From Nemertoderma westbladi (taxonomy: Eukaryota > Animalia > Xenacoelomorpha): DNA of 64,000 nucleotides. The position numbers and the translations under genes are program-made. The notes below the pieces were generated by a model. It was not told the origin of the DNA. It searched no databases and saw nothing but the letters and a program-made list of their open reading frames with translations. Of this stretch, positions 1-12,350 are shown piece by piece. Position 1 is the first letter of the stretch; each line of letters begins with the position of its first letter. The DNA is taken from assembly GCA_032718475.1 (NCBI GenBank), contig JAUCBJ010008088.1:1-64000 (forward strand), read 5' to 3'.

Positions 1-960
1 GACATATCTAGAAGTCCACAACTTCTACAACAGACATATCTTCACCATCAGAGACTGATGAGTATATAACAGTAGATAATATATCAGACAATTCAAATGA
101 AACTGAAATGGATCCTACTTACTCATACAGCATAAAGGAAAAGAAAGGTGAATCCCTACAAGGAAGTCAGGTACCAACAAACATAAGAAAAGACTCTGTA
201 ATAATCACAAACCCATCAGTGAAATGTCCCTCTACTCTAGAACAAGTCCTCAAAAACAATGAGACCTGGCAAGAACCAAAAAGATCTGCCAAACCAACCT
301 TCAAATCAAAGATCCAGATGCGGCACAACATTAAGACTGAAAACAAATATAGTGAACTAGATAATGATACCAAAATTACCATACTTCCACAACAACTGAC
401 TGATTTCTTGGTGAATCTAAATAATGTTTCCAAAGAAACTGTCAATCTAAGAAAATCACAAGGTAGTAGCAAGAATGAACACAACAACTTTAAGCAACAT
501 CAAACGAGATACGAACAAGAAACCCAACGAAGCACCCCTTCCAACAAACGGAAGCAGTAGAAGCAGCACAGATATGAAGCGGAATAATAAAGGGTTTGAT
601 CTACACTACAAAACCTCTAGGGATTCATACTGACACAATAACAATCAAGCCAACTATAATGGTAATCAATATAAATCTATCCCGCAAGATAATAATAGGC
701 ATACGGAGTATGTGAGGAACTCTTGGAGACATGCCCCAGAATCATCTCGACACCAAAGTCAAACATACCAGCAGTATCAGAAGAACAGAGTGAGTAGACA
801 TGATTATCCACATCAACACTTCCCAAACCCTCATCTAAGAGACCAATCTGAACATACCTCGTACCCCAGTAATGACCAATGTGACATAACCTATGACAAC
901 AGGTATTACAACCGATCCAACAGAAGTCATATGGCTAGGAATCGTTTTTAAGCTGGCTCC
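1..960 (+). mobile_element. Possible degraded non-LTR retrotransposon ORF1-like relic
   Basis: A/C-rich low-complexity ORF pieces (108-560, 712-951; rich in N/Q/S/R) with no recognisable domain. An (ATT)n-like tail lies downstream near 1490. Family not identifiable. Confidence 0.25.
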
Positions 961-1849
961 GAGTATCACAACTGGAGACCTAAATTTCAAAAATGCTGGA
1001 AATACGAGTAATATTTTGCAGAGAAGTGAAATCAGTCTTACTCAGTTTTTAAGACTTGCATTTTAATTTTCACATTTTTTACTCAAAATAGATAGATAGA
1101 CAATTTGTTGTCAAAGAATAGTTAAGGAATGTCTCGCAAAGTTTATTCATGTGATTTTTCAGTGAATCTAATTTCGCAATAAAAAAATGTCAAATTAATA
1201 GTGCTAAAACCCAGCATCACTCTGTAGAACCAATATATTATAAAAAATGTAATATACTATATTAACACTGACACATTGACTTACCTACACATAGTTGCAA
1301 CACTACAGTGTATACATGAGACATTGTTTCATAATGTTACATATCGAATAACACTATTACTGCTATATCTAGCACATACTCACAACAATCAATACCCTAC
1401 ATCTAAACATTAATTATCATTCCATCTTATATTCAAACGTAATTAACCTGTCAATATTGTACTGATAATGTATGTAGAACAAGTAAATTATTATTATTAG
1501 TTAGATGTATTTCGTATTAATTAATATGCATTTTATGCTATCGAAATCATTAGAATAATTGGATCTCGTTGGTAACATATGCTATAGTATAGAATTCAAT
1601 GAACAATAATTTATAATTGATACTACCACAAGCTATTTGTAAACATCTGCGACCAGTTATGATGAATAAATCGATATTGAATAATTATTACTTGGCATTC
1701 AACAGCTATAACTCGGATATTTATCGCCTTTTTCTCTCGAGGTTGGGTGGAAGAGTGGGTGACGAGTTGTGAGGAGTTATAACAGTCCCGAGTTCGAACC
1801 CGGTTGAATATTTTGTTATCTGAAAAATTGCGAAATTAAATTTAGTTAC

Positions 1850-2110
1850 TGGTGAAAAATAGTAGAAGTTACCTGTAGACACCTCTAGCGTCTGTAAAAT
1901 AAAGGTTTGTAAATATGAAAATACTGGTTGCTGAAAAATAGCGATTTGAAAAATAGTAGACGTTACCTGTAGACACCTCTAGCGTCTGTAAAATATAGGT
2001 TGGTGAATATGAAAATACTGGTTGCTGAAAAATTGCGATTTGAAAAATAGTAGAAGTTACCTGATGCTAAGTGTAGACACTCGAACACCTGTAAAATAAA
2101 GGTTGGTGAT
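1850..2110. repeat. ~94-bp tandem repeat (about 3 copies), possibly part of an old LTR
   Basis: Repeated gaaaaatagtagaagttacctgtagacacctctagcgtctgtaaaata...ggttg, followed by several ctgattgg (CCAAT) motifs. Confidence 0.6.
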
Positions 2111-4056
2111 TGGACGGAGTACTAGCGCTGGGTGACTAATAACGCCTCTAGCGGAATAAGCGGGAACTTGAGAAGTTGCCATGGTTACGGATGAAATGCT
2201 GACATCTGATTGGTTGAAATAATAACGACCACCGCAAAAGGTTGAAATAGTGGCTTCTGATTGGACAGAGTACTAGAAATGGATGGTAATGATGGGCTAT
2301 GGGTGACCATGGCGCAGTGTCATAGTATCTTATACTACTACCGCTAGACTAGGATGCATTGTCGGATCGCCCGCTTCTGCAACGCAACACCTATCCCAAC
2401 ATACCGACATTAGCCATGATCTCTGCATCAATAGTATTCTGCCTGAATGAACCTCTGAAAACCTGAAACCTGAGAATTTGGGCCCCATCCAAATGTTTCT
2501 CAGATTAAACCAGATCATCCATCACCATAGTTCGCGAGCCAATTTTCGTCAAGTTTATTGGTTGTTTTCCTCTACTTGTACTATATTAGGCTGGTTTTAT
2601 ATCCACCCCATCTACATTATGTTGGTCAATATACATTCACCACACATAGTCCAACACATTATTCGCGAAAAGGAAAGAAAAAAGCGTCTCACCTCGGGGC
2701 TCGTGCTCGTAAAAGTCATAAGTCACTAGCCGTTTTCAGTCCGTAGGTCAAATTATAGCTTCCGTGTTCCACTGTTGTTAAGTATTTGTTAAACAATATA
2801 TGATGCGTTCCCTATTTACTAGAACACAAGTTATTACGGATTTGTGAGAATAAGAACTGTGAAGACTTCTCTATAGTGAGTGATCCAACATAAACATATG
2901 TTGTACAATTATATTTATGGATTTCATCAATACAATTACATTGTATTGTTTGCTAATCTTTAAACAATTAATTAGATGACCTATAAATTCCATCCCCCGA
3001 ATGATGCGTCAAAACGTGCTTTAAAAATGGTTTAGCTACAAGGGAGTGCCTTTCATGAATGGCTTGATTATTTTCCTGCCGAGGCCAGGTTGTTTTATTT
3101 CACTTGTACTCTGTTTCCTCAGACCGAGGTAGGTGCACAGCTTTGTGGCTCACGATTCAATGATTGGAAGAATACTTGTCATTATTTGGTGAGCTATGAA
3201 ATCAGCCCGAAGCTGTTGCTCGAGTCGACATTTTTTTTTTTTTTTTTTTTTTTTTTTATTCGTATATACAGTAAGTATAATGTGGAGCATCGCAACTATT
3301 GGTTTAATGTACTCGTTCTAATTTTCTCAGCGACAGCAGGGGTCTGGACAATAGGGGCAGAAATTAAACTGTTGTTTCCAGCAGCAGTGATAATAATCTA
3401 GAAATAACCTAAAAATAATGTAGTTTTTAACTACATTCTTTGTGGTATCAACACATCGTTGTTGAGTAGCATGCCGTAAAACAGCTGATTCATTCATTGC
3501 CTTGTAACAAAATACCTACCCATCGGATACCGGGTGGCAAGATGTTGAGTTGAGTAATTGTACAATTGAACAAAAAAGCCAATATATTGTAACTGTTTTG
3601 ACTACCGGTACCGTTTCTCACATCTACGTGATCAATGATACAGGTATATAAAGGGAAGAAAGATTGGAAAATATCACCACCATCATCATTGATATACACA
3701 CTACCCTGCCCGAGACCTTCACTCCAACACTAACCACATTGCCCATCACCTAAAGTTCCCTTAATTAAGAAGCGTGCAGAACGAACCAGCATGGCCATTT
3801 ATGAAAATAGATAACATAGTTTTTAACTGAGATTGTGGTTAATACGTGATCCCGCGCCCGGGTGGAAAAGTGGCACACACCCAGGTGGTGGCATATGGGC
3901 TATCTCACCGAGTGAATGGATACCTAATAATTAATTTATATACGACGCGACGATATATACAGAGCGAAAACCAACTGAAATAATCAAATAACTAAATACA
4001 ATCCTCATATTTTCAGGGACTATCTGCTCAATATATTTACAATCTTATACTTTCAG

Positions 4057-4220
4057 GAGCGGGTTCTACTCCCACCAATATCAGTGGCAGGATTCTCAGT
4101 GGCGCGTGGTGGTTTTTCTCCCTTATTATCATTGCGACCTACACGGCAAACCTTGCGGCATTTCTAACTGTCAACCGAATGGAGCTTCCCATTGAATCGA
4201 TTGATGATTTAGCCCTGCAG
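4057..4220 (+). CDS. Ionotropic glutamate receptor (delta-like), exon covering end of pore loop and M3
   Basis: tttcag|...|gtaaat; translates [55 protein letters not shown], containing the iGluR (S/T)YTANLAAF gate motif. Upstream exons lie outside the window. Confidence 0.95.
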
Positions 4221-4945
4221 GTAAATAGAATTGAATCAAGTGTCCGGTAATAATGTGGATGTCGGGAAATTTCGAGTTTCATAGGGACTCTGGGGGATTA
4301 TAAATATCCCCAAGAGGGATAACCCCGTCAAACCGGTACCGTACTCTTGCATATTCTGAATGAAGTAAAAAGCAGTAAGAATATATATATAAATAAAAAC
4401 AGTAAAAATATGTTAGTCAAGAACATATACAATTAAAATGACCGTTTTTATATATATCATACGTAATAAGCATTGTCAGAGAATTAGCCCAACCTACCTA
4501 TCCTATATTGTACCAGTACCACACCGAATTATTGCACCCTCAAAACAAAACATGCCAAATTACTATCCTAAAAACTTTATACACAAACAATCCAGCATTG
4601 AAACAAACTTACAGGAGTTGGCAAGTTTCTAGAACGCCAGCGAATGGAAAACTCATCACACGAGGACAGAATATCTGAATTTCTCTATAAAGAAAAGGTG
4701 TGGAGAAGTAATTTCCCTTACGTTTTTATTTCGAATATATTGTTTTATTATCGTCAGCTTTATCACGGTATCCTTGAGATTACCCGAAAACGTTGCAAAA
4801 TGGTGAATTTCCTAAAAACAACGCAAATTTGTGCTCTCGACTCACGTTCATTGTTTTGGCTACTATATTCCAGGGCATGGTATAATGTAGTGTTTTTGTG
4901 ATCCGGACAGTTGATTATCCGCATTTACGGTGTTTGCGGTTATTT

Positions 4946-6518
4946 TTCTCATTTCCAATTTTAAATTATGAGAAATTCCACCAAAAATAGTACTAATAAA
5001 GCTTTAGCGGTTATAAATATTATAAGCGGTTTTTCCTAAGCCGTAATACATAGAATGCCTGCTTACCTCCCTCCCCAGGTGACCTCCTGTTTCCTGCTGT
5101 CGGTCCACGAATAGCCTGTTGAGGATATGTGTTAGACCCCGTAATCAGTGTAACAAATAAGAGGGTTCGGTTTGACTTCCATTAATTATAATGGCATTTA
5201 CTAGATAATAGCTAATATCTCTCACTGTTAGCGGATCCAATTCGCTGCACCACCCAGCGGAAAATGGGGAAAGGCATCATGATTGGAATTTCCGAATCAT
5301 GATTGGCTATGCGGTATTAGCAATATAATATCGCATACCAACACACCGGGGAAATATACATTACCAGCCAGAGGGAGAGATGCCAGCTCATCTCAGGGCA
5401 GAAGCTAGCATAAGGTCAAAGGGGAAAGATGGGTTTGGCCCCACAGAAAGTAGATCAACCAATGGTAGGGCGGTTTACCATCAATCATAACGCATCCATT
5501 GCCTACTGTAGATCTTGTTCGATGGCACACGACTGGAGAGCAGATCGCAAACTATGTAGGGTGTCGATATCCAAAGACAACCGATAAATGCATCCAACTG
5601 GTGTAGGGGTGTAGGTATACATGTACTGTATGTGTAGGCCCTTATAGTGGAACTTAACCTATCAAATTCTGCGCAAACGCCACGGTCACCTCCCACTTAC
5701 TTACTCTACTAGCAGATATTATTATTAATTCATAAAGGTCTATTAGCTTCACAGTCCCGCTACCGATAATACTACGGAAAACAATGTCTTTGATCTTTAA
5801 CCTTGATAGATTTGATTAATTTGGTGAAATTGTGCATATTTTTTATAAGTTTTTTTTTCTCATTTCCAATTTTAAATTATGAGAAATTCCACCAAAAATA
5901 GTACTAATAAAGCTTTAGCGGTTATAAATATTATAAGAGGTTTTTCCTAAGCCGTAATAGTACAAAATTAACAGATTTTGTCCTGCACTCTAGAGTTGTA
6001 AGGGAACTCCTCCAGTAAAGGTCACTAAAGGGATATCTTTCGTCGGGTGTGTTAGATAGTCGAAAGACCCTTATCCGATCCCTTAGGCGTTTCCCTATTA
6101 GAATGCCTACCTCCCTCCCCACGTGACCTCCTGTTTCCTGCTGTCGGTCCACGAATAGCCTGTTGAGGATATGTGTTAGACCCCGTAATCAGTGTAACAA
6201 ATAAGAGGGTTCGGTTTGACTTCTTACTAGATAATAGCTAATATCTCTCACTGTTAGCGGATCCAATTCGCTGCACCATCCAGCGGAAAATGGGGAAAGG
6301 CATGATTTACGAATCATGATTGGCTATGCGGTATTAGCAATATAATATCGCATACCAACACACCGGGGAAATATACATTACCAGCCAGAGGGAGAGATGC
6401 AAGCTCATCTCAGGGCAGAAGCTAGCATAAGGTCAAAGGGGAAAGATGGTTTGGCCCCACAGAAAGTAGATCAACCAATGGTAGGGCGGTTTACCATCAA
6501 TCATAACGCATCCATTGC
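4946..6518. repeat. Near-identical direct duplication (4946-5503 vs 5857-6518), probably LTR-derived relic
   Basis: tttctcatttccaatttt...gccgtaata and agaatgcct...catccattgcc each occur twice; the second copy has ~140 bp extra. CCAAT/GC-box-like motifs are present. Confidence 0.7.
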
Positions 6519-7680
6519 CAGGCCAAAAGTAGGTAGGAATGTATCCCATGTAATTATAATATAACCGTTACCTATATTGATTGTGGCTCAGTTGGCTAGT
6601 ATTGAGTGTAGAAGTCAAACGGTTTTCAACTGTCGCCATTACTGCTATTATTGTGCTGTATTACCGGTACCTATTAACTCAGTTTTTTATACCGGCCTTT
6701 GGCCTTTCAGCCCCAAAGCCTTCAGCCACTAGCACGCGGCGACGCGTATCAAAACCACGGCAAAACCCGGTCGGGATCCCCTCGCCAACTCTGGGATCCC
6801 GTCACACTCACCAATAATAGCTATTGCACGTACGGTGCGAAGTAGCGTAATACCAATAACACATAATATAATAATACTAACAACATAGGGAAAGGTGATA
6901 TTTAATGTAGAAACGCACCTAAGGAATGAAGTACTTGACCATAAACACAATATTATATACACCGCAATATTGACAATAATCACTACCAACATCTCTAATA
7001 ATCTAGGTAGCACCTTCACCTGTTATACATAAATTGTTAGCTACCCTTCCTCAGCCGTGAGTGACCCCTGGTATTTCCCTCTATGTAATAATAGTCCCTT
7101 TTGTACCGTAACAAATAACCAGATCCATTATTCCTACTGTATTATATTCCTACAGTACTTTATTGCATCATTGTTCGGTTTGCTAAATGTTTAACACTCG
7201 ATTTGGGCCTCGGTAAGCGTTCACACCTCTCTCAATGGCTTTGTAACCATGTCATACCATCACTCACGATGTAGTCAATAATTCATCCATTGTTATTACC
7301 ATTCTAATTATATTGTTTATTGGTTTGGGATTACTCACTAACAAGAGTGTTCTGATCACTCGCTACGTTCGTTCGTGTGACTAACCACTTCGATCACTGT
7401 AAAGTGCTACTTTACACAGAAGTATTTAAAAAATACTTATTTATTGCTTTCCTCTAAACAGTTGCGGTTAACATATGGCATTATTATTATAAAATCTACT
7501 TCATCTCAGTACTAAAATCAATAATCTAATAATGCGCTGTTCTATTTATGACGGACTCCGTGTTCTAATTGCCTCAGGACTGCTCCGCTGCCTGTACACT
7601 GCGCAATATGTCGCTATCATATAACCATTTATACAATGGGAGAATGTATCTCGAACAAACTTTTTTCCATTGTATTGCAG

Positions 7681-7838
7681 ACAAAGACTGTTTATGGAAC
7701 GGTCATTAACTCCTCGCTGCATCGATTCTTCGAAGACAGATCGACGCGAGGTAACGAGTTGTACAGAAAGATGTGGGCCCAAATGCAAAAGTTCGAGGAT
7801 GAGGGTAAACAACCATTCGTCGAGAAAGCCGAAATTGG
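7681..7838 (+). CDS. iGluR exon, S2 ligand-binding domain part 1
   Basis: ttgcag|...|gtaaag; TKTVYGTVINSSLHRFFEDRSTRGNELYRKMWAQMQ...; phase matches neighbouring exons. Confidence 0.92.
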
Positions 7839-7984
7839 GTAAAGTTAACGTGTTTGAGTCAATACTGTAGGCAGAGATAGAGGGAGTGGAAAGTGTGGCA
7901 AGTTGTGCATGTTTATCCAAACATATTTTCCGTATTTACTATTTCGGGATTAAGTAATTTATGTTGTTTATCTATGGTTTCCAG

Positions 7985-8155
7985 GTACCACCGAGCTCTT
8001 CGTGGAGACTACGCCTTCATGTGGGACGCGGCTCTTCTCGACTACGTCGTCCAGAAAGAATGCGATCTTATCCACGTGGGCCGGCCTTTCAATCTTAAAG
8101 GCTACGCCTTCGCTCTGCCAGAAAACGCGCCATACCGCGACGCTGTGTCCTTACA
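7985..8155 (+). CDS. iGluR exon, S2 ligand-binding domain part 2
   Basis: ttccag|...|gtaagt; YHRALRGDYAFMWDAALLDYVVQKECDLIHVGRPFNLKGYAFALPENAPYRDAVSLQ. Confidence 0.95.
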
Positions 8156-8352
8156 GTAAGTCGATACCGGTACCAGTATGCTATAATGTTAAAGTAAGTC
8201 GGATCCACTAAATAATTTAATAATTTATATTAACACACAATGTCCTGGAATATTGGGAAATTGGGGGGGGGGGGGGGGGGGGGGGTAAAGGACACTTTAT
8301 TCCCGGACATAGTTATTTGGTCGAACCTTTTTGTCATATTCTATTACCATAG

Positions 8353-8458
8353 AATCCTTGAATTGCAAGAAAACGGTTTCCAGGAGAACAACCTAAAGAA
8401 ATGGTTTGAAGAAAGTCCTATATGCCATAAAGGAGACGCAATGCCAACAGAAACAGAG
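8353..8458 (+). CDS. iGluR exon, end of S2
   Basis: ccatag|...|gtgagt; ILELQENGFQENNLKKWFEESPICHKGDAMPTETE. Confidence 0.9.
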
Positions 8459-9229
8459 GTGAGTCTGCCATAAGAGGACGCAATGCCAAAAGAAACAGGT
8501 GAGTCTGCCTTAAAGGAGACGCAATGCCAACAGAAACGGAGGTGAGTCTGCCATAAAGGGGACGCAATGCCAAAAGAAACAAGTGAGTCTGCCATAAAGG
8601 AGACGCAATGCCAACAGAAACAGAGGTGAGTCTGACATAAAGGAGACCCAATGCCAACAGAAACAGAGGTGAGTCTGCCATAAAGGGGACGCAATGCCAA
8701 CAGAAACAGAGGTGAGTCTGCCAAAAAGGAGACGCAATGCCAACAGAAACAGAGGTGAGTCTGCCATAAAGGGGACGCAATGCCAACAGAAACAGAGGTG
8801 AGTCTGCCAAAAAGGAGACGCAATGCCAACAGAAACAGAGGTGAGTCTGCCATAAAGGAGACGCAATGCCAACAGAAACAGGGGTGAGTCTGCCATAAAG
8901 GAGACCCAATGCCAACAGAAACAGGGGTGAGTCTGCCATAAAGGAGACGCAATGCCAACAGAAACAGGGGTGAGTCTGCCATAAAGGAGACGCAATGCCA
9001 ACAGAAACAGAGGCGAGTCTGCCATAAAGGAGACGCAATGCCAACAGAAACAGGGGTGAGTCTGCCATAAAGGAGACCCAATGCTAACAGAAACAGGGGT
9101 GAGTCTGCCATAAAGGAGACGCAATGCCAACAGAAACAGAGGTGAGTGTGCCATAAAGGAGACCCAATGCCAACAGAAACAGGGGTGAGTCTGCCATAAG
9201 GGAGACGCAATGCCAACAGAAACAGGGGT
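8423..9229 (+). repeat. 43-bp minisatellite (~19 copies) made of the iGluR exon end plus 5' splice donor
   Basis: Unit gccataaaggagacgcaatgccaacagaaacagag|gtgagtct; the first unit is the true exon end. Confidence 0.95.
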
Positions 9230-9967
9230 GTATCTACTCCGCAAAAGTGGCAGTCATTGGAATAGGAAGATGAGTAAATCTAATAGGAGACTTTTATATT
9301 ACTTTACTTAAGCTATGGAATAAACTCACATTTAGAAATTAAACACATCGACAGATACTGTCCCCATCTCCCCACTTAACCCATGTTATATTCAATTTCT
9401 AAATGTATTATTTGTTATAATTATATTATTATGATACAATTAATTCAATTAAAGAATAACCATCAACCAAAACAAGATAACAAATTTTTAAATAAATATT
9501 TGTAATAAATATTTTAAATAAATAATGACTATACATAACGTAGTGTAGTTATTATTCAGAAAATTATCCAGTAATAACTAATTTATATATTTTTTACTCC
9601 AATTATATTAAATGCCTTCTACATATCTTGTAGTTTTTCATATTTAGTTAGTAAATCTCCCAATGTTACAATTGAACCACGAAGTTGACCCCCACGTTAT
9701 CACTATATGTAAATCGACAAATATTGAATACCTCCCACAGAAACGCAATCCCAGCACCCCTCTCGTAGTCGCGCTATACGTTTAGAGAAAATTGCGTACA
9801 AATATATTTATCATAATCACTTCATTCTCACCCTATCGTTAATAATTCATCCATATCATCGCATGAGATATAAAGGGTGTTATATTCTAGAACTCCCCAC
9901 ATTGTAGACTCCACCATGGCAACGTTTGATGTAGCGGTACCATATTGTAGAACAACCCTCTTACGGC

Positions 9968-10003
<36 letters not shown>

Positions 10004-10244
10004 AAACTAGCCAGTCCAAATTAACCTAGAAATAATAATTATTGGATTTGTACGTTGCTATAGCAGGTTTGTAAAGGAGCAGGTTACAGACATAGGTGGG
10101 TTGGGGGAACCAAAACAATAAACCAAAGTTAACACATTATAGAAGATTATAAAGGTTAGTAAAGAATTTAAATCATTAACAATACATTAGATGGCATTTT
10201 ACCATAACGGGGGAATTGTATGCATCTACTTATCACTCGAATAC

Positions 10245-10790
10245 GCAAGGGGAAGATATGGGCCACATTGAATGGGCTTTCCGGGATTTCGAAGTGTCAT
10301 AGGATACGTCAGAAACTTGATGTTCGACTATTTAGAGCAGCAGTAGAACTAGTACTCCTATATGTGGAGTAGTGGAGTCCATGCTGTGCTCTAACTGCTA
10401 AAGATATCAAATCACTGGGTAGCACATACACAAAAATGCTACGCCAGGCTCTTTGTGCAAATGCTTCAGTGTCTCAAAATAATGCACAAATCCGTCCCTT
10501 TGATCCCCCATTGATGAGATTGAGATTTGAACAAAACCACCCCCGCTTTGCAGGACATTGTTTTCCCCGTGAGGACCAGCTTGTGCAAAATATCGTGCTT
10601 TGACAGCCCCATCGAGAAAATAAGCATGGTGGACAGCCCATGACTTATTGAGACGCCTCTTAAAGGACGCTGGCATTGAAGATGCGGATAATCTCGCGAA
10701 AGTCATGAGGGATAGAGAGATTAATTTTGTCGATAAGCCGGCATAGCATTATTAACGCGCTGCTGTATTGGCGCTAGCAAATTTTGGCTT
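10245..10790 (+). mobile_element. Degenerate 3' fragment of an RTE LINE (same family as 56733-59168)
   Basis: Translates with stops and frameshifts to ...RLFRAAVELVLLY...[33 protein letters not shown], matching the C-terminus of the RTE ORF at 56772-59150. Confidence 0.85.
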
Positions 10791-12099
10791 GCATTTTGGT
10801 AGCAAAATTTTTTGTTACGTCATTTTAGCATCTCAATGTACAGCTGCAATGTAGCTGTTTACACTTAGATGTTTACAATGCAGCCGTTTATAGATAGAGA
10901 CATCCACTTTGCCTCCCCGGACAAAATTACACTTACACATAACAATTTAGGGAAAACTTATTGAGATGATCACTGAATTATGACACTATATTCCAGGGCA
11001 TCGTTTGGCACCAAGTAAATAGATAGGGACATCAGCATGTATCAGTGGGTCAGTAAAGGAACAGGTTACCATAGACGGCTAGATACAACCAAAATAACAA
11101 ACTAAAGTAAACACGTAGTGCTATAATATATAAATATTTAATATTTCAGGACCCTGTACCCACTGTATAATGAATCTAATGAAATACTAATGTAACTAAT
11201 ATGTTATTTAAAATAAAATAATTTATATAATTTCGTAAATCTCTGTGAAAATAGTACGAAGTTACATATTAAAATTGATAATAATGATAAGTTTATATGA
11301 AATCCTTTGTTTAGAGATACATGTTTTTATCTCTTTACAGTCTTCAACACGTTTTGCCGATTATTACTTTGTAAGTATCTATCATCTCGACTGCACAGTA
11401 TCCTGTACGTACACAATTCCATCTCGACGTATCTTCAACTGTTTTTCATAGTTACACATCACATAGGGTAGCAGTTGGCGAAAATGATCGCAAATACTGT
11501 AATAAAACTGGCGTATATATTTTAATGCTTAATAACAAACCCGGAACCTAACATAGTGTAAATTGATCAAATTAAATTAGCTTTGCTAATTGAAAATTCT
11601 GAAAATTTAGAATATGAATCGTAATAAATAAGCGAAATATCATTGATTGATTATTAAACTAAACAGAAACCTGAAATGTTTTATTTAGCGACATTTTCGC
11701 CTGTTGCTCCCATCTTGTTTAATCGTTGTCTTTAAAAGTGGGCTGGAATTTTATCATATGCATGAGTCATTCTCTTCGACTCCTTAACAACCAAACGCGA
11801 TCATGCTCTGTAACCCCTGTTGAAACTAACATAAACCTCTTTCCCAATATTAATCATCCATTATTGTTTGGCAAAACTAACATACCAAGCGGTGTTGTTA
11901 AACGTAATAGGCCTGCCTTCCTTTGAATTCATTTCATTTTTATTATGCAGTGTCAGTGAGTGTTTAGAAATTAGAATTTTCATTCAGTTTAGCCTCTTTA
12001 CTTCAGCAACCAACGGCCTGCATTGTGGTTTTAGTTTTACGGTTGTACTGTACGCATCCCGGGTATCATACATCGTTAGACTTGATTACTGTAAGAATT

Positions 12100-12350
12100 G
12101 TTGACTGACTGACTGGCTGGCTGGCTGGCTGACTGGCTGGCTGGCTGGCTGGCTGATCTACAGCCAAAACTACTCTAACGATTTTGATGAAATTTTCACA
12201 GCATCTAGATACCGCGATTCTAAGGTCCCTGGCATGATCGGCTACTCCGTCCATAGCCTCTGGGCTCGAAAAATAGAGATAAACGAAAAAAACGCCATAG
12301 GCGCAATGGTAAAATAACACCCATGACAGCTGGTGTCCTGATGAAAAATG
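12100..12350. repeat. (GGCT/GACT)n microsatellite within an interspersed repeat, possibly Helitron/Helentron-associated
   Basis: Tetranucleotide tract followed by acgattttgatgaaattttcac. Similar architecture at 37430-37590 and 42940-43100 (gatgaaatg..accaaacttggtaca). Confidence 0.4.

Noticed and set aside
8262-8285. Poly-G/poly-C runs (also ~9973, ~52645, ~53945) giving poly-Gly/Pro ORFs
   Set aside because: Intronic homopolymers; not coding.
8423-9229. CRISPR-like appearance of short regular repeats (also 48018-51720 and 62005-63990)
   Set aside because: Units are contiguous with no unique spacers, there are no cas genes, and the context is eukaryotic.
8344-9244. Three overlapping minus-strand ORFs of 216-290 aa
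   Set aside because: Artefacts of the 43-bp tandem repeat; the same peptide appears in all three frames.
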